In this document: piece after piece, positions 23,873 to 36,723 of the stretch
Numbering within the stretch: position 1 is the stretch's first letter
Layout: each line of letters opens with the position of its first letter
Assembly: GCF_030028105.1 (NCBI RefSeq)
Contig: NC_092380.1
Span: 82,519,717 to 82,583,716, forward strand
Length of the DNA: 64,000 bases
Source of the DNA: Mobula birostris
Taxonomy: Eukaryota
Direction of reading: 5' to 3'
The notes under the pieces: model-generated
Told to the model about the DNA's origin: nothing
Database searches by the model: none
Seen by the model: only the letters and a program-made list of their open reading frames with translations
Program-made: the position numbers and the translations under genes

Positions 23873-25344
23873 ATGTACTGCACCTTTCTCGCCTGGATTG
23901 CACTATGAAGAAGGTTCAGTCACATATAGTGTAACATTTCCATTTACTGAGATGACAACATGTAATAATCTTCCATAAAGTGAGCTTGATAAAAATAATT
24001 TTTACAGGTGGGGAAAAGGCAATAAAAATCAAAGTTTAAAGTTTGTGGCTGCAAACATTTAAGACTATGGTTTGAATGGTTTTTAGAATGCAAGTGATGT
24101 AACCAAGGTGGAATTTATTATCCATTTTTAGTTGTCCCTAGTTGAAAGCCTTAGAGATTTGTATCCCAAAATGTAGGCAAAGAATTCCATGGTGTTGATC
24201 AAATAGCAAGTACAGAACACAAAATGTTATGTAGTCAGAGTTACACAGTATGGAAACAGGCCCTTCAACCCATCTTGACAATGCTAACAGAGTTGTCCAG
24301 CAAGCTAGTCCCCTCTGCCCGTGTTTGGCCTATAGCCCTCTAAACCTCTCCTATCCAAATATTTCTGCAGATGTGCTGTTATGTAACCTGCAGAAAAATA
24401 TAATGGTAAGCTACAGTACTGTTGATCTTGTGGTCAGTGGTAGTGGTGACAGAGAGGAAAGGTGCAATCAACATAACGAGTTATTCTAATTCAAGGTTTA
24501 GATCATAACAAGATGCAGGTTAAAATCCCAGAAAAAAAATCACCAATCCGAGAAGCTCACTTTTCTCACATTTCTTGGAGACAGAAGGCTATATAGCCCA
24601 TCAAGCCTGCCTAGCTCTTGGAGTAGATCTACCAGTCTCATTTCCCCTCCTCTGCCTACAAACTACCTTTTTCCACACGCCCATCAATCTCCTGCCACCC
24701 ACCTACACCTGGGGTAATTTAACCTTCCAGCATGACTTTGGGAAGTAGGAGGAAACCCAAGCACCCAATTTATAAACTCTAACCTCCACGGTGTTCCTTT
24801 ATCGCAGTTGCTAAAAGATGGATTTCCATGACATTCCTAATTTGAATATCATGGTGGAAATGAACTTGAGCACTTCTCTGGCATCTTTTCCATGTTGATA
24901 AGATTAGATAAATTAGTCCTTACTTGCAAGCTGAAATCCCTCTCACAAATCAGGGTGATTTAGTGATTGTTGAGGTTTTGAAGGCAAGACAGGATGAGCC
25001 TGTTGGTATGCCCAAGGTACTTTTTAACACACGCACACACATTACACGCCACTTAGAGTCATACAGCATGGAAACAGCATCCATGCAGACTACGATGCCT
25101 ATTTGCCTACTTCGTCAGATATTGCTTGGTAGAATTATTAGCAAGCAGCTGTTGCCCTAATCTCCTATTAGGCTTAAATAAAGCCAGAAAATGCTGATGA
25201 AGGTCACTGGCCTGAAACTATACCTTTCTTTCCATAGATGTTGACCTAACCTTTAGACTGTGTCTGTCATTTTTGGCTATTATTTATTTCCAGCATCTAT
25301 GTCTTTTTTTTAATTTTCAAGCTTTTAAATTTGATATCCAGAAT

Positions 25345-25970
25345 CCCAAAATATTTGAAATGTGATAAAGATTATTACAATTGGGAATCCTCATGCATGA
25401 TTCCCTAAAGGTTAATTTACAAGTTGAGTCTGTGGTGAGGAAGACAAGTGCAATGTTTGCATTCATTTTAAGAGGACTAGAATATAAAAGCAAGAATGTA
25501 ATACTGTGACTGACGGATTGATTTGTCATATGAAGAGCGTTTGATGGCTCTGGGCCTGTATTCACTAGAATTCAGAAGAATGAGGGGTGACCTAATTGAA
25601 ACCTATCGAATGGTTAAAGGTGTTGATAGAGTGGGCGTGGAGAGCATGTTTCCTATGGTGGAGGAGTCTATGATGAGACGACACAGCCTCAGAGTAGAGG
25701 GGCTTCCTTTTAGAAGGGAGATGAGGAGGAATTTCTTTAGCCAGAGAGTGGTGAATCTATGGAATTCTTTGCCACAGGCAGCTGGGGAAGCCAATTCTTT
25801 ATGTATATTAAGGCAGAAGTTGATAGAGTCTTGACTGGTGAAGGCATGAAGGGATACAGGGAGAAGGCAGGAGATTGGGGCTGAGGGGAAAACTGGATCA
25901 GCCATGATGAAAAGGCAAGCAGACTTCATGGGCCAAATGGCCAAATTCTGCTCCTATACCTTATAGTCTT
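25345..25970 (+). mobile_element. CR1 LINE 3' fragment
   Basis: ORF 25523-25834 (SYEERL..LGLYSLEFRRMRGDLIE...FFSQRVVNLWNSLP) followed by a 3' UTR. Confidence 0.88.
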
Positions 25971-26039
25971 TATCACATGTATGTTGAAACATCCAGTGAA
26001 ATGCATTGTTTGTGTCAAGATCCACCACAGTCTGAGATG

Positions 26040-26280
26040 TGTTAGGGGCAGCCCACAAGTGTCACCATGTTTCCAGCACCAACATCACATGCCCACAACT
26101 TACCAATCCTAACCTGTACTTCTTTGGAATGTGCGTGAGAACTGGAGCAACCGGAAGAAATCCACGCAGTTATGTGGAGAACACATGAACTTCTTTTAGA
26201 CAGTGGTGAGAAATGAGCCCTGATCTTACAGATGGTATTGTAAAGTGTTACGCTAACTGCTACATTACCATGCCACCCAC
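26040..26280 (-). mobile_element. tRNA-derived V-SINE-like element (HE1-like)
   Basis: The minus strand starts GGTGGCATGGTAATGTAGCAGTTAGCGTAACAC and contains the V-domain-like TGCGTGGATTTCTTCCGGTTGCTCCAGTT. Confidence 0.55.
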
Positions 26281-26679
26281 TGAAAAACAAAATTATCCTT
26301 CTAGTTCCTATTTCTGCTTTTCGGGTAACATTCACAGGTATGCAAATCAGTTCATCTAAACTTCAACTCTGGAATTTAAGTCATCTCACATTAGGTAATT
26401 GCGATGGTTTGAATTGATACATTTACATTTGACACTGTATTTACACTTTGAAAATAACATCATAAGGAAACAACCATTCAGCTCATCAGGACAATGCCGA
26501 TTCCCAACATGGTAATCCTGCCAGTCTCACTTTCTTTTCCTACTACTGTGCAATTTATTATGTGTCATGTGCCCATTAATTTCGTTTTGATTTTTTCTGC
26601 TACTTACTTATACTAAGGGGTAATTGACAGTATTCCGTTAACCTACCAGGATGTCTTTCGAACATAGAAGGCAACTGAA

Positions 26680-27045
26680 AATAAGAAATAGGAGCAGGAG
26701 GAGGCCATCCGGCCCATCGAGCCTGCCCTGCTATTCCATAAGATCATGGCTGATCTGTCCGTAAACTCAGCTCCATCTACCTGCCTTTTCCCCATAACCC
26801 TTATTTCCCCTACTATGTAAAAACCTATCTAACTGTATCTTAAATATATTTAGTGAAGAAGCCTCAAATGCTTCCCTGGGCAGAGAATTCCACAGATTCA
26901 CCACTCTGAGAAAAATAGTTTCTCCTCATCTCCATCCTAAATCTTCTCCCCTGAATCTTGAGGCAATGTCCCCTAGTTCTAGTCTCACCTACCAATGGAA
27001 ACAACTTTCCTACTTCTACCTTATCTATCCCTTTCAAAATTTTGC
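26680..27045 (-). mobile_element. CR1 LINE 3' end
   Basis: The reverse complement closely resembles 57550-57905. Confidence 0.85.
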
Positions 27046-27206
27046 ATGCAAGGTTTCACACAGATCTCACCCAAGATCAGGACTGAATCCAAGTCCCCAG
27101 AGCTCTGGAGTTCATCCTGAATTTTGTACCAACAGAAAATATTAGTTACAGGAAATTTCAGTTTCGCTTTTGGAATATTTACAACGACTAGTTCAATATA
27201 CAGTAC

Positions 27207-27313
27207 CTTTAAACTGGATACCAGGTTCTCAAAGTATTGTGCTCGTTCTTCCTTGTCATGACCAATCCAGGTTTCTATTGCTTTGGCTGGTTTCTGAGAG
27301 CGGGGAACACCAT
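27207..27313 (-). CDS. KBTBD4: KBTBD4 middle coding exon (BACK region)
   Basis: ATGCAG|(D)GVPRSQKPAKAIETWIGHDKEERAQYFENLVSSLK|GTACTG; 107 nt, phase 1/0 fits both neighbouring exons; not in the ORF track. Confidence 0.92.
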
Positions 27314-28344
27314 CTGCATTGTCACAGAAAAAAGAACGTTAGTTGTTTTATTTTGTTCCTATTATGTATCTACGTATTGGAATCTAGATTGTGGTTGACT
27401 TTTAGTCACTTTTGGCCTGTTTATTTTTGTAGAGTGTTCCAATTTACATTGAAGACATGCCTCAATTTAGGCTTAACTCAGATACTGAAATTGGAGTTAC
27501 ATGACACAGTCAAGACCAGAATGCGATTATTTTATGTCAATTAGGAGTTCTCTCATGCTTTCTTAATCTGCCACATGGACGATGGTTACCTAAAGCACTG
27601 ATATTGACATTTGCTGCACTAAAGGAATGTTCTAAGGTTTGGCACGTATACCTCATATCATGCGAGTTTACCCACTATATATTGATTCCTCTCTGACCTT
27701 TTCACCCTCTCCTTTGAAGGAGGTTGCTCAATATTTTCATCACTGCCCTTCTAAAGAGGAAGCTATTCAAAAGTAGCCCAGTTACTATCAGCTTCTCATA
27801 CTAAATAGATCTGGCTATGAACATAGATGGGGTCTACTACCAATATTAGTTCCTTGTCCATGCTTGCCTGATTTTGTTGGAAAAGAAAATTATCCTACCA
27901 ATTTATATTTCTGCTTTTGAGAAAAGAAATTAAGTTAATGGAAGAAATTTATTGATCCTATTATTTGTACATCCTTTATTTGACATTAAAATTTGATGAT
28001 TTTTGTTCGTGAGAAAATAAAATAGTTTAATATAAAAACATATAAATACTAACTTTAGTATTAATTATGCAAATTATAATTCCCACTAAAACATGATTAT
28101 GTTTTCATAGATTACATGGTGGGTCTATTTCTTTGAAAAGTGGGGGCAGAACCCCCCTGTTTCTTACAAGATATTTGCTCTTTGTTTAGTAATTATATTT
28201 ATTATCGCCTTTACTGAAGAGAGAAGATGAACTCTTAGTTCAGAATTGGGTTTAACAGCACTGGCATATATCGTGAAATCTGTTGTTTTGTGGCAGCACT
28301 ATATTGTAATATATAATAATTTTTTAAAAAAACTACAAATTCTA

Positions 28345-29670
28345 ATCAGCCATGAGCAACCTCTCAAAGCACTTCATCACAGTAGATATGAGCACAACTG
28401 TGCGACGGTTAATGAGATAGCTCACCCTGCTCTTCTTGAACACTAGTATGATTGTTGCCCTTTTGAAGCATTTGGGAACCTCCAACTGCAGCAACAAGAG
28501 ATTGAAGATGTCCTTGAATACTCCTGCCAGTTAGTTGGCACAGGTTTTCAGTGCCCTACTGGGTACACCATTAGGGCCTGGCGCCTTGTGAGGATTCACC
28601 TTCTTGAAAGATGTTCTGACGTTGGGCTCCAAGACAGAGATTACAGGGTTACAGGTGCTGCAGGGATCTGCACAGGTGTAGTTTTATTCCCTCTTTCAAA
28701 GTGTGCATAAAATGTGTTGTGCTCATCTGGGAGTGAAGCATGACAGCCGCTGATGATGTTAGGTTTTGCCTTGTAGGAAGTATTGGCCTGCACACACTGC
28801 TGGAGCTGATATGCATCTGAATCCATCTCTAACTTGAATTAGAATCTTTTTTTGCCCTTAAAATAACCTTCTGTAGGTTGTACCTGGACTTTTTGTATAG
28901 TTCTAGATCACCTGTCCTGAATGCGACAGTCCTACCTCTCAACAGACTATGAATCTCCTGGTTCTTCCACAGCTTTTGGTTTGATATTATCAGGTAGTTT
29001 CTTGAATGCACACACTCATCCACAAGGTCTTGATGAAGTGGGTGATAACCGTGGCCTATTCATTCAGATTTGAAGATGAGTCTCTGAACATTGTACAGTC
29101 TACTGACTCAAAGCAGACCTGTAAGCACTCCTCTGCCTTCCTTGACCGTACCTTGGTCCTCACCGCTGGTGCTGCGGTGCCTATACGCTGGGAATAGAAG
29201 CACAGCCAGGTGACTGGACTTCCCAATAGTGTGTGTGGGATGGCACTGTAAGCATTCTTGATGGTGGTAAACAGTAGTCAAGTGTGTTGGCTCCTCTGAT
29301 TCCACAGGTGATATGTTGGCCTGGTTGAAATTTCCTGCAATAATAGGGAATGCATCTGGGTGTTCTGTTTTGTGACTACAAATTGTGGTGCTCAGCTCCT
29401 CCAGAGCCTATATGATGCTGCCCTGAGGTGAATTGTACACTGCTACCAGGATGATGGTGGAAAACTCCCTCGGCGGATAAAATGGACATGACATTAGATG
29501 TTTGAGGTCGGGTGAGCCGTGTTGAGACAAACCTTTGCATCATGATGAGTTAATCATAAAGCATACTCCAGCTTCTCTAACTTTAAAAGCTTTTGTGGAG
29601 ACTGGTGAAGCTTCTGGGCAGCTGCGCTATGTCCAAAATGAGTAGGTGGGAACCACGTTTCTGTAAAGCA
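28345..29670 (-). mobile_element. Decayed Rex1/Babar-like LINE (endonuclease to start of RT)
   Basis: Remnants ASLPDEHNTFYAHFE, NQKLWKNQEIHSLL and GKSSHLAVLLFPAY are homologous to the 42.5-45.6 kb element. Confidence 0.75.
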
Positions 29671-31448
29671 AGTGTTTTATTCAAACTCAAAGTATTTGGC
29701 ATATATTTAATCCATCACAATCTATGAGTCATTTGCAATTTGAGAAGAAAGATATATTACCCATGATGGAACAGAGGAGCAGACTTGATGGGCCAAAGGG
29801 CCTAATTCTTGTCTGATCATCTTATCTTAATCGGCTCTGTTTACTGGTGTTCAATCTGGTTAATCTTAATGCAATGGTAGTCACTGAGTTTGCCTTCTAG
29901 TACTAAATGATGTATGGTCAATTATTGTACTTTTTTAAGAACTCTTTCTTATCAACAGGCCATTAGTCATTTTTTTGGCAAACTGAAACATGCAGATTGC
30001 GAACATATTCAACTTAAATGAAGGTAATTCCTTCAATTGAAGTCTTCCCAATAAAATAAAAAAGCTTTCTCTATATGACAAGGCTGTATTATTTAGATAG
30101 TATATAGATTCCCAAGGTGGTACAGAAGGACGGCATTCAGCTTAACTAGTTTACAAAATGACCTCGAGTCCTTGGAGAGTGTACAGAGAGCTTCATCAGA
30201 ATGAGCAAGTACAATTCCTTACTTGGAGAGACAAGTTACATAAAGAATGTTCTTGGAGTGACGAGGTTACAGAATGATGTTAAAAAAGTATTCAAAATCA
30301 CCTGCAGTTTTAATACAGCAAATGCCATTTCTATTGGCATGTTGATAGCCAGTGGATATCAGCAAAAGAACAGGATGAGAGATAATAGGACTTCTTTTTG
30401 TCTGAGCTAAGTTGTTATTATCTAAAATGCATTGTCTAAAAAGTGATAAAACCAAATGTAGCAGCAACTTTCAGGTGGGAATTGTGTAGATAATTGAAAA
30501 GGAAATATTTGAACAGTGGGGGGTGGAGGAGGCAGGGTGGGACAAAAACAGGAGACTGTGCTCCAAAAATGAATGCCTCCTCCTGTGCTCGTTACTCTGG
30601 GAACAACTCATTTGGTAAATATGGTAGGTTTATTTTATAGTAATGGAAATTCCTCCCAAAGCTATCATTTTCATTTTATTTGTTTTATAAGTTTTATTTG
30701 GCCGAATTTTCCTGAAAGATGTCTGTTGTTTTAAATTTGGTACGTGCATTAAAGTGTGCACAAATTTCCTTGTAGCATATCTTTATATTATATATAAAGT
30801 TTTTTTCCAGTTAAATTCATTGAATAGTTACGAATGTCATTCACACACATTCAAACTCTGACAATTTGGGCAGCTGGTAAGCTAGGGGAATAGAAGGCAA
30901 ATCATTGTTTTGAGGTGAGGATAGGGTTTGCAATGCATGATCGGAAGTGGATCAGGCAGAAATTGTCTTTGGAAACCAAGGTGCACTAGAAAATAAGCTC
31001 TAAATAAGCATGGATTTAGCATTTAACAAGATGTCAAACATGGATGACTTATTGCTCCCAGGAATTACAGGGTCATTTTTATGTGAGTAGAATGGATCCT
31101 GTTTGTATAACCCTGGTGTTGGTAAATTCCAGATCATAATAAGGTATGTGACAAAAATATAACACAACCTAAGGTTGACTGCATTTTTAGGTTCTGGGCT
31201 TTTTCCATGACCAAAATAACTAAGTGCATATTAATGTAAATGCTGCAGAGAAAACAAATAAATATGTTTTATTTTCTGGAAAGAGTACACAATTATTTTC
31301 TACAACAAACATGTAATCTTAAAAGGTATAATCATCTTAGCTAAGATTTTGGATACCACAGATATTTCCCCCATTGGTTCCTTGAACTTTTAAAATTTAA
31401 AAATGTTATTCTCCCCACAAAATTAGATAGGAATAGATAAACACAAAC

Positions 31449-32052
31449 CTTTAATGATGTCCGTGAATAATCTTATTGGTAGTTTCACAAAGTCCTCTGT
31501 TTTGTGAAGCTGAGACAGATGTGTTTTTGCACACTGTTTTGCTGCTGTATACAGTTTCTGATCACTATGCTGATCAGCCAAACACATGACTTGTAAACAG
31601 TTCCTGATATCAACTGTCCGGGCCAAAAACCGAGAGCACTCTTCAAAAAGTGAGGTCAATTGGTACATATCCGCCACCTCGTATGTTTCCTGGAGGTCTT
31701 CCACTCTTAGTTTTACAGTTCCCCGGTAGATGTAGTCCACTAGGAGCTGGAAAACACTTGCATTCACATCTTTTAATTCTATCACGTCATTGTGAGCTTC
31801 CTTTAAGTTTGAGGTGAACATGGAGCGGAAAAAGCAGCTCTGAGCGGAAAGGACTAGCCTGTGGAGCTGGAATGTTTTACCTTCTACAGAAATGGTAACG
31901 TCTGCAAACAACCTGTCTTCAAGGCACAGATCCATTATACTCTGAGCAACTCGTACCGAGTGTAACCTGTCTGTGAAGGTATAGCTCATAAAGTAACTCT
32001 CTTCAGTTGAACCAGAAATGGTTGCACCTCCCGCATCGCTAGTTGGCTCCAT
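31449..32052 (-). CDS. KBTBD4: KBTBD4 first coding exon (BTB domain); exon acceptor at 32075
   Basis: ATG at 32052: MEPTSDAGG...YTFTDRLHSVRVAQSIM...FQLHRLVLSAQSCFFRSMFTSNLKEA...FTDIIK; donor AAAG|GTTTGT, phase 1. Confidence 0.96.
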
Positions 32053-32240
32053 AATCACACTGGTACAATCAGGTCCTATGGGAATAAAATATGTCAGACT
32101 ATTATATAAACTATGTTGTAAAATATCCCGATGTTATTTTATAGTATGTATCTTCTGATAATGTTCTCCAATAAGATGAACACTCTGTATCATACATTCA
32201 GTATCATGAGCAAGAAAATGGTATAATTTTTGTTACAAAG

Positions 32241-32473
32241 AAGAGAAAATCTGCAGATGCTGTAAGTCCAAGCAACACACACAAAATGCTGGAGAAACTC
32301 AGCAGGCCCGGCAGCATCTATGGAAAAAAGGGACAGTCGACATTTCGGGCCAGGACTTCTCATCTCTTTTTCTCCGGTTCTGCCGTACGGTCTCGGCCCG
32401 AAACATCGACTGTACTTTTTTTCCACAGATGCTGCCTGGCCTGATTTCCTCCAGCATTTTGTGTGTTTTGCTT
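32241..32473. mobile_element. Penelope pseudo-LTR-derived inverted-repeat element
   Basis: Arms ~32270-32351 and ~32395-32473 are reverse complements. Confidence 0.8.
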
Positions 32474-32940
32474 ATCTTTTTTGTGTTGGTCAAAAAGAGC
32501 TACTCTTAGTCCCACTTAACTCCAGAAGTTAGTAATTCCCCATCTTATCTTTTCCTTCTTTCTTACATCGCGAGCAAGATTGCTAACCTCCAATTTTAAA
32601 CAGTAAGCCATTTCGAGGCTTTTTTCACGTTAACACTACATTTTACACTCGACATTGCAATAAGCTTGTGAAAAACCCAAAAAAACCCGTTTCGCGCTAC
32701 TGAGGAGTATCTGCAATAGATTTTAGTACAGAACCCAGGCCTGTGAGCGGCCTCAGGGGCAACAGACGAAGAGGGAGGGAGTCCATGGGACAAGGACAGC
32801 GCAACAACAACGGACAGTCAGGGGTTTCTGATGGAGAGCACATCAACTACGTCCAAAATCCTCTCATACCCAAAGAATGGGGCCAAACCTCTCATAGCCG
32901 GTACTAACTTAGCGAATTCAAGCTAAATGACCGTCTTTAC

Positions 32941-33076
32941 CTTATTTGTCACCAGTCCGCCAGAAGCACTGTCTCCAATTCCCCGTCGAACGGAGGGGGA
33001 AAGTTCGAGTGGGTACACTGCCTGAGTGGCCGGAAGGATTTACAGACGGACGCCAGCTGCTTCCGTTTCCATTGCC
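32941..33076. promoter_or_regulatory. Bidirectional CpG-rich promoter shared by KBTBD4 and NDUFS3, including the probable non-coding KBTBD4 exon 1 (donor at 32941, minus strand)
   Basis: Minus-strand donor AAG|GTAAAG at 32941; NDUFS3 ATG at 33077; ETS-like CGGAAG sites on both strands; YY1-like CCATGGCGGCC over the start codon. Confidence 0.7.
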
Positions 33077-33137
33077 ATGGCGGCCAGGCTTGTGAATTTG
33101 GCCTGCGCTGGACTGCGGAGAAACGTCCGAAACTTAG
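33077..33137 (+). CDS. NDUFS3: NDUFS3 coding exon 1 (mitochondrial presequence)
   Basis: Kozak GCCATGG; MAARLVNLACAGLRRNVRNL is Arg-rich with no acidic residues; donor TTAG|GTGAGG, phase 1. Confidence 0.85.
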
Positions 33138-34291
33138 GTGAGGAGGGGTTGGCAGGTCTGCAGAGGGAGAGGCCAGGACAGGACAGGGAGTGTCTTGCTG
33201 GGCCCGGATGCCGGGCAGGACGGAAGTGAGCTGAGGTGTCCATGGCTGTCATTGTGCCGCCGTTTGACCTTCTCCCTGTGACACGGCTGGACGGTTGCTC
33301 CAGAGCCGGGTGAGGATCCGGGGGACGGGAAAGGCATTTCGGGCAGGGCTCGAGTTAGGCTAGGCACGGTTAATGAGGGGACCGTGCCTAGAACAGTGAT
33401 GGAGTAATGCAGGATCCTCATTATTGATGGAGGATGTAGATACAGGAGAGGACCGCAAAATCTCCCCGTAGCTCCTTACCTGTAGCAGGAATACACATTT
33501 GAACGAAGTTATGGCTTCATGCCTCCAATTGGCTTTTGACATAACGGCGGGTGTGTAGAGGGTGGGAAGATTGGAGGTTGTATGTTAGCAAGAAACTAAT
33601 GGTCTCTGGAGGAAGGGAAAGCATAATGATGTGGGAAACTAAATTTCGTGAAATTAGGCTTTGTTTTAAAATAAGTACATGAGTGAAATTGCTACAAGGA
33701 ATGAAAGTAGTGATTTGAGTTTCCTTATTGAATTACGTATGTGACACAATGGCTGTTGTGTACAACTTTGGACCCCTTATTTAAGAAAGGGTATGTTTCT
33801 ATTCTAGCCAGTCCAGAAGAGATGTGGTCTACTAATTCATGGGACGTATTGGTTATTCTATCACAGCTATAAAAAAATACATCTGTATTCTCTGTAGTTT
33901 GTAAATATGAACAATAATCTTTTTGAGATATGTAAAGAACTAGTGGATTATGACAAAGGTGATGTTGAAGGAGAGCCTTGATAAAGGGACAAGGTATACA
34001 GAGGTGTATAGGAATTTCTTCTTTCAGGGGGTGTTTAGTTTCTGGAATTCTCTTCTCCCCTCTCCCTGCAGACAACCATATCACTAGAGTTATTTAAAGA
34101 AGATGTATTTGAAAGATATTATGGATCAGGTACAAACCTAGGCTTGATTAGCCATGATGTTATCAGCTGGAGGGGGAAGGCTTGAGAGGCTATCTTACTT
34201 GTACTCCTACTTCTATCTGCTTGTGTTCTTTCCTACATAGCCACCTACTATTCCTGGCTTTTCAGCATTCAGAACACACTGCTTTTATAAT

Positions 34292-34514
34292 TCTAGCAAT
34301 GCACATAAATGCTGGTGGAACTCAGCAGGCCAGGCAGCATCTATGGAAAAGAGTAAACAGTCAATGTTTCAGCCCGAGATCCTTCATCGAGATCTGAAGG
34401 CGGCCCAAAACGTTGACTGTTTACTCTTTTCCATAGATGCTGCCTGGCCTGCTGAGTTCCTCCAGCAATTTGTGTGTGGTGCTTTGATTTCCAGCATCTG
34501 CATACTTTCTCATG
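34292..34514. mobile_element. Penelope pseudo-LTR-derived inverted-repeat element with TSD
   Basis: Arms ~34296-34370 and ~34407-34482; flanked by TTTTATAAT at 34283-34291 and 34515-34523. Confidence 0.82.
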
Positions 34515-35020
34515 TTTTATAATCTGAAGGTGTTTGGGGCTGCAGTTCTCTAAATTGAACTCCATTTACCATTGTTCTGTTTTATTCCTCCTGTTCTTAA
34601 TTATGCTCTACCATACCATGCTATGTTTCTATGTCACCTAATTGGTTGGAACTACGGTGACTACTTCATCTAAATTATTGAAAATATGGTGAAAAACTGA
34701 ACCTCTGTAGTGGATACTGTGCTCATTTACTGCATCAGTACTCATATTCTACTATGTAGAATGCATGGTATTTTATTTTCTTTCATATCTATGTTACCTT
34801 CTACCCGGTTACCCAAGCATGTCAAGAGGCTGTTGAGAATTTTCATTATTGCTAATATTCATTGTATTTCTAAAGGATACTGAGGCAAGTTTCTTGTTTC
34901 TAGCATAATGCGATGAAGTTATTTCTAACTAGCTATTCAGAAATAAAACAAGAAACCTTCCCTTCTGAAATGTTTGGTTCCTCATTACTCCAGGAGAGTG
35001 CCAGTGTAGATTATGGAAAT

Positions 35021-35460
35021 ATAGTCATAGTCATACTTCATTGATCCCGAGGGAAATTGGTTTTCGTTACAGTTGCACCATAAATAATTAAATAGTAGTA
35101 AAACCATAAATAATTAAATAGTAATATGTAAATTATGCCAGGAAATAAGTCCAGGACCAGCCTATTGGCTCAGGGTGTCTGACCCTCCAAGGGAGGAGTT
35201 GTAAAGTTTGATGGCCACAGGCAGGAATGACTTCCTATGACACTCAGTGTTGCATCTCAGTGGAATGAGTCTCTGGTTGAATGTACTCCTGTGCCCAACC
35301 AGTCCATTATGTAGTGGATGGGAGACATTGTCCAAGATGGCATGCAACTTGGACAGCGTCCTCTTTTCAGACACCACTATCAGAGAGTCCAGTTCCATCC
35401 CCACAACATCACTGGCCTTATGAATGAGTTTGTTGATTCTGTTGGTGTCTGCTACCCTAA
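35021..35460 (-). mobile_element. Rex1/Babar-like LINE 3' end with a (TATGAC)n tail
   Basis: ORF 35162-35476 (ILDNVSHPLH...RKSFLPVAIKLYN); ends GATCAATGAAGTATGACTATGACTAT. Confidence 0.8.
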
Positions 35461-35786
35461 GAATCAACAAACTCATTAATTATGCTCTACCATGTTAAAC
35501 AAACATATAGCGTGAACCTTAGCTCACCTTTTGTCTTGAATGAGCCAATGTTGATGATTCTGCTAGTGTAAGAGTTAGACATCCATAGTATTTGCTGAGT
35601 GTTACAATTTGCTTACATTTTGAGCTTATGCTTCATTTCATCAATTGTAAATGTTTAATCATGATATATCTTTATTGTGTTTTTTAATCCATATCATAAT
35701 TTCAATTTAAGTAAAATGAGTTCAGTTTTTAAAAATTACTTTGATACAACTGATATGTGAAAGTCTTGGTTGTGTTATCATTTTAG

Positions 35787-35849
35787 CCTTTGGCTGGAGC
35801 ACTTCAGTATCACAAGCCAGGTTCGAGGGATCCACTCCTGAGACTCGTC
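35787..35849 (+). CDS. NDUFS3: NDUFS3 coding exon 2
   Basis: TTTTAG|(A)FGWSTSVSQARFEGSTPETR(P)|GTAAGT; 63 nt, phase 1/1. Confidence 0.82.
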
Positions 35850-36625
35850 GTAAGTAACCGGAAATGTTTTAATTATATTTTAGTTTTAGTATGCAAATCC
35901 AGATGAAAATTCTAAGTAAGTAAACTCTTTTATAGGGAAATCATTACTAGAGAGGGACACACATACATGAAATCTGATATATGTAATGAAGGATAATCTT
36001 TTATTAGCAGGTGCTTGGGAGTGGAATTGGGTTTTTATGTTAACTAAGCAATAAAATATACAAGGTAATTGTTCTTCTCGCTTGTATTTTGAGATGAAAA
36101 CAGTTTTGCCATTAACTTGGCTTTGCAAAGCTAATGATGAGCTGTTTTGCCCACTCCGCTGAGGTCCATTTGTTGAGAATACTTGTGCAATGTATGTACC
36201 TTTGTGGGGAGTATAGAGGTAATGTTATTCCCTATGTATTTGCTACCTTTGCCCTTCTGGTGATGAAAGGTCTCTGGTTTGGCAAGAGCTGCTGGTTCAG
36301 TTTCGGCAGGTTGCTGCTTTGTGAATTGTAGATAGTGCATGGACTGAATGGTTAAGCCAATGGATGGGTTGCCTGTAATAACCTTCCATTACACTCCTGC
36401 CTTTTGACTTGGAAAGGATTTGGGGAACTAACACCAGGTGCAGACTAATCCAATTCTACCTTAATCCAATTGCAACAGCATTTATTAATCTGTAGATTTG
36501 AAAACGATCCATTAAGTCACCTTGATATTCACCGGGGGATGTACCAGGAAGTCTGAATGTTATTAATATGAAGAAACATGATAGGCATTCCATACTTATA
36601 GTTTAACAGGCATTTTACTTCGCAG

Positions 36626-36723
36626 CTACTGTCCGGCCAAGGAATGAACTACAGCACAACCAACTATCCCAATTTGGTGAATATGTCGCTGAAATTCTTC
36701 CCAAATATATCCAACAAGTGCAG
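36626..36723 (+). CDS. NDUFS3: NDUFS3 coding exon 3
   Basis: CGCAG|(P)[32 protein letters not shown]|GTAAGG; 98 nt. Confidence 0.96.
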
